A DNA stretch of 64,000 nt from an uncultured Actinomycetota bacterium (GTDB lineage Bacteria; Actinomycetota; Actinomycetes; Propionibacteriales; Kribbellaceae): contig CAWGHT010000013.1 in the NCBI GenBank assembly GCA_963822475.1, positions 230,226 through 294,225 of the forward strand, given 5' to 3'. Under the pieces are notes generated by a model. The model saw only the letters and a program-made list of their open reading frames with translations, was not told the DNA's origin and searched no databases. The position numbers were made by a program, and so were the translations under genes. Positions 10,012-19,712 of the stretch are shown here, piece after piece. Position 1 is the stretch's first letter; every line of letters starts with the position of its first letter.

Positions 10012-10523
10012 CACAGAATCCCTTGCAGTACGCCGGCCGGCAGGTTGACCCCGAGCCCGATCGCGAACGCGTAGAACGTGATCAGCGCCAGCGCGACCGC
10101 GATGAACACGTTCCGGATGTGGTGCCGGCTGCCGAGCGCGAACGCCGAACCCCAGAACAGCAGGGTCCCGCTGATCACCCAGCCCAGCGGGTCGATCAGC
10201 ACCAGGTTCACCACGAAGGCGGCGATCAGCAGCAGGACGGTGCGCCAGTCGACGGCCGACGTGACGTCGACGTCCTCGCCTTCCTCGGCCGCACCGGTGC
10301 CTCCGCGGGCGACGTCGACGGCGTACAGCACGGCGACCACGAGCAGCAGTACGCCGAGCACGATCGGGACCGGCTTCGGGCCGATCGGATCGTTGCTGTT
10401 GGCAATGTGCTGGATCCGGGCGGCGTCGACGATCACCAGGACGCCGACCACCGCCAGGAACCCGCACACTCCGTACTGCGCTGTGTCCCGCCGAGCCTCA
10501 GTCTGAGCCTCGGCGGTACTCAT
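10011..10523 (-). CDS. tctB: Tripartite tricarboxylate transporter small subunit TctB
   Basis: 4-TM protein with IGPKPVP and LGVNLPAG motifs, between tctC and tctA with overlapping codons. Confidence 0.88.
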   Translation of the reverse strand: MSTAEAQTEARRDTAQYGVCGFLAVVGVLVIVDAARIQHIANSNDPIGPKPVPIVLGVLLLVVAVLYAVDVARGGTGAAEEGEDVDVTSAVDWRTVLLLIAAFVVNLVLIDPLGWVISGTLLFWGSAFALGSRHHIRNVFIAVALALITFYAFAIGLGVNLPAGVLQGIL

Positions 10524-11527
10524 GCCGCCAGGCCCAGTTTCGTCAGGATTTCGGCGACGGCCTTGTCCTGTTCGGTGAGGAACTTCCCGAACTCGTCGCC
10601 GGTCACGAACGCGTCGGTCCAGCCGTGCTTCTGCAGCTCGGCCTTCCACTGCGGCGAGTCGTGCATCTTGGTCAGCGCGTCGATCCAGACCTTCTTGTCC
10701 GCGTCGCTGAGCTCCGGCGGCGCCACGATGCCACGCCAGTTCGTGAACACCAGGTCGATCCCGGAGCCCTTCAGCGTCGGCACGTCCTTGAGCGCGTCGA
10801 TCGGCTTCTCGCTGGTGACCGCGAGTACGCGGACCTGACCGCTCTCCACCTGATCCAGGAACTCGCCGAATCCGCTGGCCCCGAACGCGATCTTGCTACC
10901 CAGCAGCGCGGGCAGCAGCTCGCCGCCACCGTCGTACGAGACGAAGTTGACGTCCTTCGGGTTGATGCCGACCGCCTGCGCGAGCTGCATCGGCAGCAGG
11001 TGGTCCGGTCCGCCCGGTGACGACCCACCGCCGACGGCCAGCCCCTTCGGGTTCGCCTTCCAGGCGGTGACGAGGTCCTGGATCGTCTTGTACGGCGAGT
11101 TCTTCGGCACCACGATCGCGCCGGCCTCCTCGATCATCTTGGCGATCGGGGTGGTCTGGGTGAGCGTCGCCTTCGACTTCGACGTGTACGTCGCGCCGAC
11201 CACGCCGAGCCCCATCTGCATGGCGAGCTTGCCGTTGCCCTTCTCGTTCACGATCCGCTGCAGGCCGACCGTGCCACCGGCGCCGGGCAGGTTGAACACC
11301 TGCACGCCGGTCGCGATCTTCGCGTCCTCCATCACCTTCGCGGCGGTCCGGGCGGTGGTGTCGTACCCGCCGCCCGCGGTGTTCGGCACCATCAGCCGCA
11401 GGCCGGTGGCCGGCTTTCCGCTGTCGGCGTTCGATGTGTCGGATTTTTCCGCGGTCGCACCACAGGCGGTCGCGGTCACCAGCGCCACCAGCGCCGTGGT
11501 GACCCAGAGCATCGGCCTAGACCTCAT
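10520..11527 (-). CDS. tctC: Tripartite tricarboxylate transporter binding lipoprotein TctC (Bug family)
   Basis: Lipobox VTATAC, VPNTAGGGYD, NLPGAGG, YDGGGE, NWRGIVAP. Confidence 0.92.
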   Translation of the reverse strand: MRSRPMLWVTTALVALVTATACGATAEKSDTSNADSGKPATGLRLMVPNTAGGGYDTTARTAAKVMEDAKIATGVQVFNLPGAGGTVGLQRIVNEKGNGKLAMQMGLGVVGATYTSKSKATLTQTTPIAKMIEEAGAIVVPKNSPYKTIQDLVTAWKANPKGLAVGGGSSPGGPDHLLPMQLAQAVGINPKDVNFVSYDGGGELLPALLGSKIAFGASGFGEFLDQVESGQVRVLAVTSEKPIDALKDVPTLKGSGIDLVFTNWRGIVAPPELSDADKKVWIDALTKMHDSPQWKAELQKHGWTDAFVTGDEFGKFLTEQDKAVAEILTKLGLAA

Positions 11528-11596
11528 CGGCGGAGTCCTTTCGGGAATGGTTCACGTGGCGTTGATCGTGGACCTCCGGTGGTCGGGACGTCTGCG

Positions 11597-11631
11597 TTGT
11601 GGCCGCAGCGGTGGTTGAGTTCATTGTGGTC
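11597..11631. promoter_or_regulatory. Short direct repeats (ttgtggcc / cggtggtt / ttgtggtc) in the tctC-kinase divergent promoter; possible response-regulator sites
   Basis: Repeats seen in sequence; function inferred only from position. Confidence 0.25.
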
Positions 11632-11710
11632 ACGGGCGGAACCTGGTTGAAGTGTGGCACTTGGCCGCCGGAGCGGTGATCATGCGGCAGAGCCCGACGC
11701 GAGCGAGGAG

Positions 11711-13366
11711 GTGACTATGACGAGGCTGAGAAGGCGTCCGACCCTGGCCGGACAGCTGCTGGTGCTGCAGTTGGCGATCGTGGTGATCGTGCTCGTCGCT
11801 GTCGCCGCGGTCTCGCTCGCGCAGTCGGCCGCCACGTTCAACCGGGTCGAAGGCCGCCGGGTCACCTTGCTGGCCGAGCAGTTGTCGTCGAACCCTGCGC
11901 TGCGGTTCAACATTCGCAACCCGGCGCCCGCGGAGATGCTTGCGCCCACGCTGCAGACCAGCCTCGCGCAGTCCGGCGTCACCTCGATCACGGTCGCGAA
12001 CGCCGACGGAAAGGTGATCGCGGCAACCAATCCGACGCTGATCGGGACGAAGCTCACGCTCGGTGTGCCAGAAGTCGCGGACGGTCGCGGCTGGTCGGGT
12101 CAGCTGCGGGGCGATGGTGGGATGGAGCTGGTGGCCCAGGTTCCGGTGCTGAGCGAAGGCAGGGACAAGAACGGCAAGCTGGACGGGACGCTCGGCGACC
12201 ACATCGGGACCGTGATGGTCGGTGAGCGCGCTCCGTCCGTACTGCAGCGGTTGCGCGGCGCATCGTCGTACCTGGCGATCTATCTCGGGATCGCTTGTGT
12301 ACTGGGGCTGCTCGGGTCGTGGCTGCTCGCCCGCCGGATCAAACGGCAGACGCTCGGGCTCGAACCGCGGGAGATCGCGGGGCTGGCCGAGCACCGGGAA
12401 GCCATGCTGTACGGGCTTGCCGAGGGAGTCGTTGCCTTGGACCCGCATCTGCGCGTGACGCTGGTGAACGACGTCGGCCGCCGACTCCTCGATCTCCCTT
12501 CCGACGCGGTAGGAAAGTCCTTGCGGGAACTGGGTGTCGAAGGACGGCTGCGGGAGGTGCTGGCCGGCGAGGACGAGGCGCGCGACGCGGTCGTCGTACG
12601 GCGTGGGCGGGTGCTCGTGATGAACCGGATGGAGGTGCTGAAGGACGGGCGGTCGCTCGGATCCGTCACCACGCTGCGGGACCGGACCGAGCTGGCGCAA
12701 CTGGAGCGCGAACTGGGGTCGTTCCGTTCGTCCGCCGAGCTGCTGCGGGCGCAGACGCACGAGTTCGCGAACCAGCTGCACACGATCTCGGGACTGATCC
12801 AGATCGGTGAGTACGACGAAGTGGTCACGTACGTCGGCGCGCTCAACCGCTACCGTGAATCGCTCGACCTGACCGTGACCCGGCGGGTCCACGACACCAC
12901 GGTCGCCGCGCTCCTGATGGCGAAGTCGTCGCTCGCGGCCGAACGCCGCGTCGAGCTCCGGGTGTCCGAGCGGACCACGCTGCTGCGCCTCGATCCAGCG
13001 CTTTCCGCCGATATCGCGACCGTCCTCGGCAACCTGGTCGACAACGCCGTCGACGCGGCGGCGCAGTCCGGTACGCCGCTGTCGCCCGCATGGGTCGAGG
13101 TCGAGCTCCGGCAGGACGCGACCAGCGTGGAGATCGTGGTCCGCGACTCCGGGCCGGGGGTCGCACCCGAGCTGGCGCAGGAGGTGTTCGCGCACGGCTT
13201 CACCACCAAGGCCGCGGCCGAGGGCGAACGTGGGATCGGCCTCGCGATGACCCGCCTGATCTGCCGGCGCCGCGGCGGCGAGGTGGCGGTCACCAACCTC
13301 ACCGACGGCGGTGCGGCCTTCGTCGCCCGGATGTCCACCCAACGCACGCCGGAAGGTGCCCGATGA
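11711..13366 (+). CDS. CitA/DcuS-type sensor histidine kinase
   Basis: 2 TM plus sCache, PAS region, LRAQTHEFANQLHTISG (H-box), GNLVDNA, DSGPG, FTTK, GIGL. Confidence 0.92.
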   Translation: MTMTRLRRRPTLAGQLLVLQLAIVVIVLVAVAAVSLAQSAATFNRVEGRRVTLLAEQLSSNPALRFNIRNPAPAEMLAPTLQTSLAQSGVTSITVANADGKVIAATNPTLIGTKLTLGVPEVADGRGWSGQLRGDGGMELVAQVPVLSEGRDKNGKLDGTLGDHIGTVMVGERAPSVLQRLRGASSYLAIYLGIACVLGLLGSWLLARRIKRQTLGLEPREIAGLAEHREAMLYGLAEGVVALDPHLRVTLVNDVGRRLLDLPSDAVGKSLRELGVEGRLREVLAGEDEARDAVVVRRGRVLVMNRMEVLKDGRSLGSVTTLRDRTELAQLERELGSFRSSAELLRAQTHEFANQLHTISGLIQIGEYDEVVTYVGALNRYRESLDLTVTRRVHDTTVAALLMAKSSLAAERRVELRVSERTTLLRLDPALSADIATVLGNLVDNAVDAAAQSGTPLSPAWVEVELRQDATSVEIVVRDSGPGVAPELAQEVFAHGFTTKAAAEGERGIGLAMTRLICRRRGGEVAVTNLTDGGAAFVARMSTQRTPEGAR

Positions 13367-14028
13367 TCACGGTCCTGGTCGTCGACGACGACTTCATGGT
13401 CGCCCGCATCCACCGCGGGTTCGTCGACCGCGTGGACGGCTTCGAGGTCGTCGGTACGGCGAACTCCGGCGACCAGGCCGTGGCGGCGCTGACCGAACAC
13501 CGCCCCGATCTGATCCTGCTGGACCTCTACCTCCCCGACGTCTTCGGCCTCGACCTGATCGCCCGCCTGCGCGCCGTCCAGCCCGACGTCGACATCCTCG
13601 TCATCACGGCCGCCCGCGAGGCCGACGCCGTACGCGGGGCTGTGCGGCAAGGCGTCGTGAACTACCTGCTGAAACCCTTCGGCTTCGAGGACCTCCGGGC
13701 CCGGCTCCGCGAGTACGCCCGCCGCCGCGCCAGCGTCCCCGACCAGGTCACCTCGCAAGCCGACGTCGACCGGGTCCTGGCCCCTGCTCGCCAGTTGGTC
13801 AACCGGCTCCCCAAAGGCCTCAGCCAGGAAACCGCCGACCTCGTCACCGCCGCCCTCCGCGCCACCCCCGACAACCTCTCCGCCGCCGAGTGCGCCGAAA
13901 AGGTCGGCATCTCCCGCGTCAGCGCCCGCCGCTACCTCGAGTTCTTCACCACCCAAGGCCAAGCCGAAGTAACCCTCCGCTACGGCACCACCGGCCGCCC
14001 CGAACGCCGCTACACCTGGCGAAACTGA
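13363..14028 (+). CDS. CitB/DcuR-type response regulator
   Basis: VLVVDDDFMVA, DLILLDLYLPD, YLLKPF, C-terminal HTH ISRVSARRYLE...GRPERRY. Confidence 0.92.
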   Translation: MITVLVVDDDFMVARIHRGFVDRVDGFEVVGTANSGDQAVAALTEHRPDLILLDLYLPDVFGLDLIARLRAVQPDVDILVITAAREADAVRGAVRQGVVNYLLKPFGFEDLRARLREYARRRASVPDQVTSQADVDRVLAPARQLVNRLPKGLSQETADLVTAALRATPDNLSAAECAEKVGISRVSARRYLEFFTTQGQAEVTLRYGTTGRPERRYTWRN

Positions 14029-14029
14029 G

Positions 14030-14110
14030 CCCCACCCCACCCCACGCCGCCCACCCCACGCCGCCCACCCCACCGCCGCCCACCCCACGCCGCCCATCCA
14101 CCGCCGCCCG
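14030..14110. repeat. Tandem repeat, about 5 copies of a 14-15 bp unit CCCCAC(C)GCCGCCCA
   Basis: Read directly downstream of the response regulator stop. Confidence 0.85.
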
Positions 14111-14153
14111 GGCCCCGCCCTCGGCCGACCGCATTTGCTTGGTCAGCCACCGA

Positions 14154-14240
14154 ATTTGATGGGTTAGCCAGCCAAGTACGGGGTTCCACACCCTTAACCA
14201 GGGTGGCGAACCCCGCACTTGGCTGGCTAACCCATCAAAT
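14154..14240. repeat. Long inverted repeat (33-bp arms, 1 mismatch, nested 6-bp stem); REP/MITE-like element or bidirectional terminator
   Basis: atttgatgggttagccagccaagtacggggttc ... gaaccccgcacttggctggctaacccatcaaat, between convergent genes. Confidence 0.85.
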
Positions 14241-14421
14241 GATGGTGGGGGTGGGCTGTCTGGGGGCGTGAACGCGGCCTGTTGTTGGGGGTCCGCCGGC
14301 GTGGTGGGGGCAGTGAACAGGCAATAACAGATGCAATGCCCCGAGAACCTGTGCAATCCGGCGGGATGGGCGGCGCGTGGGCGGGGGGCGAGGGGTGCGG
14401 TGCGGAGCGGGCGGGTGGGGA

Positions 14422-14985
14422 TCAGTGGGAGGTGGCAGCAGCGCGGGCGGCGCGTTCGATCTTGTTGCGGTGGGTGGTCCAGTCGGTGTCTGGGTTGTTG
14501 TTGGTGGTGTTGTCCAGTTGTTCGCGGAGGATGTCTGCGTGGCCGGCGTGGCGGTTGGATTCGGTGAGGACGTGGACCATGACGTTGAACAGCATCACGT
14601 CGGGGCGCGGCCACCACGGGACGGTGGCGGGGGCGTCGATCGGGAGGGCGTCGATGGTCGCGTCGGCGTGGTCGCAGGCGTGGCGATAGTTGGTGAGGAT
14701 CTGTGCGCGCGACTCGTGTTCGGTGACCCACAGGTGGTCGCGGTTCGCGTAGCCGGGGTCGGTGAAGTTCGGCAGCGGGTCGGCGTACGGGCGGTCGAAG
14801 ATCTCCCCGAGGTAGCGGGCCTCGGTGATGGTGAGGTGTTTGATCAGGCCGAGGAGGTTGGTGCCGGTGTGGGTGAGAGGACGGCGTACGTCGTACTCGG
14901 ACAAGCCGTCGACCTTCGACAGGAGCGATTCGCGGACCCATCGCAGGCTGTCGTGCAGGTACCCCTTGGCGAATTCGTCGATCAT
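14422..14985 (-). CDS. DinB/DUF664 family protein (mycothiol-dependent maleylpyruvate isomerase-like fold)
   Basis: TNLLGLIKHL, VMVHVLTESNRHAGHADILREQLD. Confidence 0.88.
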   Translation of the reverse strand: MIDEFAKGYLHDSLRWVRESLLSKVDGLSEYDVRRPLTHTGTNLLGLIKHLTITEARYLGEIFDRPYADPLPNFTDPGYANRDHLWVTEHESRAQILTNYRHACDHADATIDALPIDAPATVPWWPRPDVMLFNVMVHVLTESNRHAGHADILREQLDNTTNNNPDTDWTTHRNKIERAARAAATSH

Positions 14986-14990
14986 GAACG

Positions 14991-15515
14991 TCAGTCCTCG
15001 ATGAGTTCGACGGTTGCGGCGTGGCGTTCTGCCAGGGCGTGGTAGACAGCGGCGTTGTGGTCCACGAAGAGTTTCGCGGTGCCGTCCAGCGGGATGATCT
15101 TCTTCGCGGGGCTGCCCATCGCGACCGACTCGGGCGGGATGACCGCGCCCGGCGTGACCGTGGAGCCGGCGGCGACCAGTGAGCGTTTGCCGACGACCGC
15201 GCCGTCCAGCACGATCGCGCCGTTTCCGACCAGCGCTTGCTCGCCGATCGTGCAGTCGTGGACCAGGCACTGGTGACCGACCGTCGCGTTCGGGCCGATC
15301 TCGCAGCCGTTGTGGCCGACGTGGATGACCGTGTTGTCCTGGATGTTCGCCCCGGCGCGGATCGTGATCGTGCCCAGGTCGGCCCGGATCACCGCGCCGT
15401 ACCAGATCGACACCCCGGCCTCGACGACCACGTCGCCGACCAGTGTGGCGGTCGGCGCGATCCACGCGTCGGGATGGACGGTCGGACGCTTACCTTCGAA
15501 CGAGTACAGCGGCAT
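14991..15515 (-). CDS. Gamma carbonic anhydrase family (hexapeptide repeat) protein
   Basis: PTVHPDAWIAPTATLVGDV, NIQDNTVIH, VGHQCLVHDC. Confidence 0.92.
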   Translation of the reverse strand: MPLYSFEGKRPTVHPDAWIAPTATLVGDVVVEAGVSIWYGAVIRADLGTITIRAGANIQDNTVIHVGHNGCEIGPNATVGHQCLVHDCTIGEQALVGNGAIVLDGAVVGKRSLVAAGSTVTPGAVIPPESVAMGSPAKKIIPLDGTAKLFVDHNAAVYHALAERHAATVELIED

Positions 15516-15532
15516 GCGCCACACCCTATTCC

Positions 15533-15991
15533 TCAGCTGATCGTGATCCCGGAGATCGGCGTACCGGGCGGCAGGTCGCGGATCTGGCTGTGGATCTGCC
15601 CGAGGATGTTGAGCGACACCACGAAGTCCAGGACCTCGACGTTCTCGAGCGTGAGTTCGCCGCCGAGCTGCGGCGGGTGGGTGAACGAGTAGACCTGATC
15701 AGGACCCGGTACGACGCCCTGGTTCGCGGCGCCGAACACCAGGCCGGCCAGCAGGTACTGGTCCTGGCCGTCCTCCGTGTTCAGCGCGTCCTGCAACTCC
15801 TCCGCGCTCGCCCAGGTGAGCTCCAGCGTCCCCTCGAGCGTGTCCAGCCACCAGAACCCGTCCGCCGCCTGGAAGAACACGTCCCCGAACGGCGACGTGA
15901 ACACCGGTACCAACCCGTCGAGTTCGAGGAAGGTCCAGGACTCGAGCGCACGTGCGTACTGCTCGTCGGAGAACGACCGGGTCAGCTCCAT
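15533..15991 (-). CDS. DUF1851/Tdi1-like (GAD-like) putative toxin-immunity protein
   Basis: FTSPFGDVF, YSFTHPPQLGGELTLENVEV; acidic composition. Confidence 0.65.
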   Translation of the reverse strand: MELTRSFSDEQYARALESWTFLELDGLVPVFTSPFGDVFFQAADGFWWLDTLEGTLELTWASAEELQDALNTEDGQDQYLLAGLVFGAANQGVVPGPDQVYSFTHPPQLGGELTLENVEVLDFVVSLNILGQIHSQIRDLPPGTPISGITIS

Positions 15992-16042
15992 GCCGTGAGC
16001 CTAGGCGCGAGCGGGGGCCACGGATCCAACTAGGGTGAACGG

Positions 16043-17191
16043 ATGCTCAAACCAGTCGCCGGGTTCGCAGCGTTCGGTCTGTTCTGGGGTGCGTGGGGGG
16101 CGGTCCTGCCCGCGATCCGGGTCGGCGCCGGTGTGAACGACGGTGAGCTCGGTGTGGCGTTGCTGATGATCGGGCTCGGGGCGCTGGTGTCGATGCGGTT
16201 CACCGGTTACCTGATCGACCGGTACGGCGGCGTCGTGCTTCCCGTGGTGACGGTGCTCTTCGCGCTCTGCTGCGTACTGCCTGCCCTGGCCGGTTCGGTC
16301 GTCACGCTGAGCGCGGCACTGTTGTTGCTCGGAGCAACTTCTGGTGCGACGGACGTGGCGATCAACGCGACCGGATCCCACGTCGAACACGACACCGGAC
16401 GGCCGGTGATGAACCTTGCCCACGGCATGTTCTCGGTCGCGGTCGTGGTGGCGAGCCTCGGTACGGCGGGACTCCGGGCCGCCGGTGTGGGGGCACTGCC
16501 GGTGCTGACCGGTGTGGCGGCGCTGATCGTGATCACGGCGGTTGCCGTCCTCGCGCCGGGAGCAACCAAGATCACCGGGACCGCCAAGACGCACACCGAA
16601 AAGCCGAGAGCCAGGCTCGAACCCGTGCTCCTCGTGTTCGGCGTGCTGTGTGCGCTGGCCTACATGGTGGAGAACGCGTGGCAGAGCTGGAGCGCAGTAC
16701 ATCTCGACACCTCGCTGAACGCATCGGCCGGCCTCGCGTCCAGTGCTCCCGCGGTCTTCGCCGCTGCGGCCGCCACCGGCCGCTTCGCGGGCAACGCTCT
16801 CCTCGCGCGGGTCCGCCCGGTGCAGCTCCTGGTCGTCGGCGGCGCCGTCGCCGCCATCGGCTCGCTCGTCGCGGCCACCGCGAACAATCCCTGGACGGCA
16901 CTGATCGGGATCGGCGTCGCCGGCCTCGGTACGTCGGTCTGCGCGCCGACCATCATCGGGATGGCGGGTGCCTGGGCGGGTCCCGAGCGGCGCGCGGGAG
17001 CGATCTCCACGGTGACCACGATCGCGTACGTCGGTTTCCTGATCGGCCCGGCCGCGGTCGGCGCGGTCTCGTCCCTGTGGTCGCTGCCGGTCGCCCTGGG
17101 CGCTGTCGCTGTCATCGCGGTCGTCGTCGCCGGCCTCGCACCGGTCGCCGGTCGTGTCGCCAGTCCCCGAGCGAGCCGCCAACCGGGCTGA
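16043..17191 (+). CDS. MFS transporter
   Basis: Multi-TM, DVAINA, ENAWQSWS motifs. Confidence 0.88.
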   Translation: MLKPVAGFAAFGLFWGAWGAVLPAIRVGAGVNDGELGVALLMIGLGALVSMRFTGYLIDRYGGVVLPVVTVLFALCCVLPALAGSVVTLSAALLLLGATSGATDVAINATGSHVEHDTGRPVMNLAHGMFSVAVVVASLGTAGLRAAGVGALPVLTGVAALIVITAVAVLAPGATKITGTAKTHTEKPRARLEPVLLVFGVLCALAYMVENAWQSWSAVHLDTSLNASAGLASSAPAVFAAAAATGRFAGNALLARVRPVQLLVVGGAVAAIGSLVAATANNPWTALIGIGVAGLGTSVCAPTIIGMAGAWAGPERRAGAISTVTTIAYVGFLIGPAAVGAVSSLWSLPVALGAVAVIAVVVAGLAPVAGRVASPRASRQPG

Positions 17192-17276
17192 GTGCGACCC
17201 GTCGACGTACGTCGAAAGGGATGTGAGAGGACCTGGCGCAACGGTTACGGTGGCTGGACCGATCGAGGAGGGTGGC

Positions 17277-17639
17277 ATGACGGAGATCGCGAATTCCGGG
17301 GCCGTAGTGATCAGCCGGGCGGACGGGCGGGACGACGGCGAGGAATGGACCGAGAACTACACCGAGCTGCCGGGTGGCGCCGGTGTCTCGCTGATTCTCG
17401 AGTCGACCACGCAGGAGGGCGTCGGACCGCGGCTGCACCTGCATCCGTACGCCGAGACGTTCATCATCCGGCGTGGTTCGGCGACGTTCACCGTGGACAC
17501 CGAGGAGATCGTCGGCAAGGCCGGCCAGATCCTGGTCGTCCCGGCCGACACCCCGCACAAGTTCCGCACCGGCCCGGGCGGCTACGAAGCGGTCCACATC
17601 CACGCCAACGCAACCTTCGAAACCACCTGGCTCGAATAG
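17277..17639 (+). CDS. Cupin domain protein
   Basis: GPRLHLHPYAETF...VPADTPHKF. Confidence 0.88.
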   Translation: MTEIANSGAVVISRADGRDDGEEWTENYTELPGGAGVSLILESTTQEGVGPRLHLHPYAETFIIRRGSATFTVDTEEIVGKAGQILVVPADTPHKFRTGPGGYEAVHIHANATFETTWLE

Positions 17640-18218
17640 CTACTCAGGCTTCGGGGGAGCGAATGCGGCCAGCAGGGTCGCGGTGATGTACGGCGCTGCC
17701 TGGTCGGACGTGATGCGCCCGGCCTGGATCTCGCTCGCGGCGCCGTGCATCACGTTGTGCATGACGCTGACCAGCCACGACGTCGGCAGGTCGGTACGGA
17801 AAACGTTTTCGGTACGGCCGCGTTCGAGCAGCCGTTCCACGCGCGCCATCGGATCGGCGTGCAACTCGCGCACTCGTCCGGGTGGTAGCGCGTCCTGAGC
17901 CGCGAGCAGCAGCGCCCGGTACTGGTCGACCAGGTGCCAGCTCGACTCGATCAACCGGGTCAGCGCGTCGCGCGGATCGCCGGTCAGATCGACCTGCCCG
18001 AGCGTCTCCTCGCCGGTCGCGATCGCCTGGACGAAGACGGCGTCGACCAACTCGCCCCGGGACGGGAAATGGCCGTACAGGGTGACTCGCCCGACCCCGG
18101 CCGCCTTCGCGATCTCCGACGTACTCACCGCCGGATCACGACCCAGGCACTCGGCCGCCGCGGTCAGGATCGCCTGGATGCTCCGTTGCGCGTCCGCGCG
18201 CCGGGTCGTGACAGCCAT
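17640..18218 (-). CDS. TetR/AcrR family regulator
   Basis: RRADAQRSIQAILTAA...EIAKAAGVGRVTLYGHFPSR. Confidence 0.92.
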   Translation of the reverse strand: MAVTTRRADAQRSIQAILTAAAECLGRDPAVSTSEIAKAAGVGRVTLYGHFPSRGELVDAVFVQAIATGEETLGQVDLTGDPRDALTRLIESSWHLVDQYRALLLAAQDALPPGRVRELHADPMARVERLLERGRTENVFRTDLPTSWLVSVMHNVMHGAASEIQAGRITSDQAAPYITATLLAAFAPPKPE

Positions 18219-18233
18219 CGGCCCTCCATGATC

Positions 18234-18310
18234 TCGAACACCACTGTACGAGTTCCTCTTGTCGAACACCAGTGTACGAGTTACCGTATCGAACATAACC
18301 CGTACACAGC
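18234..18310. promoter_or_regulatory. Tandem quasi-palindromic operators (TCGAACA-N4-TGTACGA) between divergent tetR and MFS genes
   Basis: 21-bp direct repeat at 18234-18254 and 18262-18282 (1 mismatch), third degenerate copy from 18289. Confidence 0.7.
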
Positions 18311-18332
18311 TGTTCAACTTAAGGACGAGATC

Positions 18333-19712
18333 ATGAATCAACCCGACCCCCGGCGGTGGCGGCTGCTGGGGCTGCTCGCCGTCGCGCAGTTCATGCTGAT
18401 CCTCGACGTCACCGTGGTGGCGATCGCGCTGCCGAACATCGAGACCGACCTGCACCTGCAGCGCGAGACGCTGACCTGGGTGGTCAGTGCGTACACGCTG
18501 ATGTTCGGCGGCCTGATGCTGCTCGGCGGTCGTGCCGCCGACCTGTTCGGCTCCCGCCGCGTCGTACTGACCGGCCTACTGGTGTTCACGCTGGCCTCGC
18601 TCGTCACCGGCCTCGCCAACGGGCCCGAGGTCCTGCTGGGCGGTCGCGTCGCGCAAGGCATCGGCGCCGCGATGCTCTCGCCGGCAGCGCTGTCCGTCGT
18701 CACCAAGACGTTCGACGGGGACGAACGCAACAAGGCGCTCGGCATCTGGTCCGCGATGGGCGGTGGCGGCTCCGCGATCGGCGTACTGCTCGGTGGTCTG
18801 CTCACCGCCGGCCCCGGCTGGCAGTGGGTGTTCTACATCAACCTGCCGATCGGCCTGGTCGTGTTCGCGGTGCTGATCCGCATGCTTCCCGCCGACACGC
18901 CAAGCGAGCAGCCGGGGCGTCTCGACGTACCGGGGGCGCTGCTGGTCACGGCCGGCACGGGTACGGCGATCTACGCGCTGATCAACGCCGGAGATCGCGG
19001 CTGGCTCTCGCTCGCGACCCTCGGCACGCTGGCCGGAGCCCTGGTGCTGTACGGCGTCTTCGCCTGGGTCCAGCGCGCCGTACGGTCACCGCTGATGGAC
19101 CTGCGGATCTTCACCCGCCGCCCCGTCACCGCCGGCATCTTCATGATCCTGGTCGCGACCGCGCTGATGATCGCGATGTTCTTCCTGGGCTCGTTCTACC
19201 TGCAGCATTTCAAGCAGTACGGCGCTCTGCGCACCGGACTGTTGTTCCTGCCGGTGGCGATCGCGGCGATCGTCGGTGCCCAGATCGCCGGTCATCTCGT
19301 CGGCCGGACCGGCGCGAAGCCGATCGCGGTCGTCGGGTTCCTGATCACCGCGGCCGGCGTGGCTGTCCCCGCCATCTGGGAGGGTGCTGCCGTGGTCGTG
19401 ATCGGGATGACCGTGGGGACGGTCGGGTTGGGCGCCGCCTTCGTGGCGTCGTCGACCACGACGTTCGCGCAGATCGACTACCGGGAAGCTGGTCTGGCGT
19501 CCGGGCTGCTCAGCACGTTCCACGAGTTCGGCGCCTCGCTCGGGGTCGCTGTGGTGTCGAGCATCGCGGCAGCGAGCCTGGCCGGGACCGTGTCGACCGG
19601 ATTCACCCGCGGATTCACCTTCGCCGCGGTCACTGCCGCGGTGGCGGCCGCCCTCGCGCTGGTCGTCGTACCGGCGTTCAAGTCTTCGACTGGAGAAGTC
19701 CATGCCCATTGA
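18333..19712 (+). CDS. DHA2 (14-TM) MFS drug efflux pump
   Basis: QFMLILDVTVVAIALP, GGRAADLFGSRR, WQWVFYINLPIG. Confidence 0.92.
   Translation: MNQPDPRRWRLLGLLAVAQFMLILDVTVVAIALPNIETDLHLQRETLTWVVSAYTLMFGGLMLLGGRAADLFGSRRVVLTGLLVFTLASLVTGLANGPEVLLGGRVAQGIGAAMLSPAALSVVTKTFDGDERNKALGIWSAMGGGGSAIGVLLGGLLTAGPGWQWVFYINLPIGLVVFAVLIRMLPADTPSEQPGRLDVPGALLVTAGTGTAIYALINAGDRGWLSLATLGTLAGALVLYGVFAWVQRAVRSPLMDLRIFTRRPVTAGIFMILVATALMIAMFFLGSFYLQHFKQYGALRTGLLFLPVAIAAIVGAQIAGHLVGRTGAKPIAVVGFLITAAGVAVPAIWEGAAVVVIGMTVGTVGLGAAFVASSTTTFAQIDYREAGLASGLLSTFHEFGASLGVAVVSSIAAASLAGTVSTGFTRGFTFAAVTAAVAAALALVVVPAFKSSTGEVHAH

Noticed and set aside
14030-14240. Possible CRISPR array
   Set aside because: The repeats abut without unique spacers and are only 14-15 bp; no cas genes
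18234-18254. LexA SOS box
   Set aside because: The actinobacterial box is TCGAAC-N4-GTTCGA; here the spacer is 6 bp, the right half is GTACGA, and the site lies in a TetR divergon
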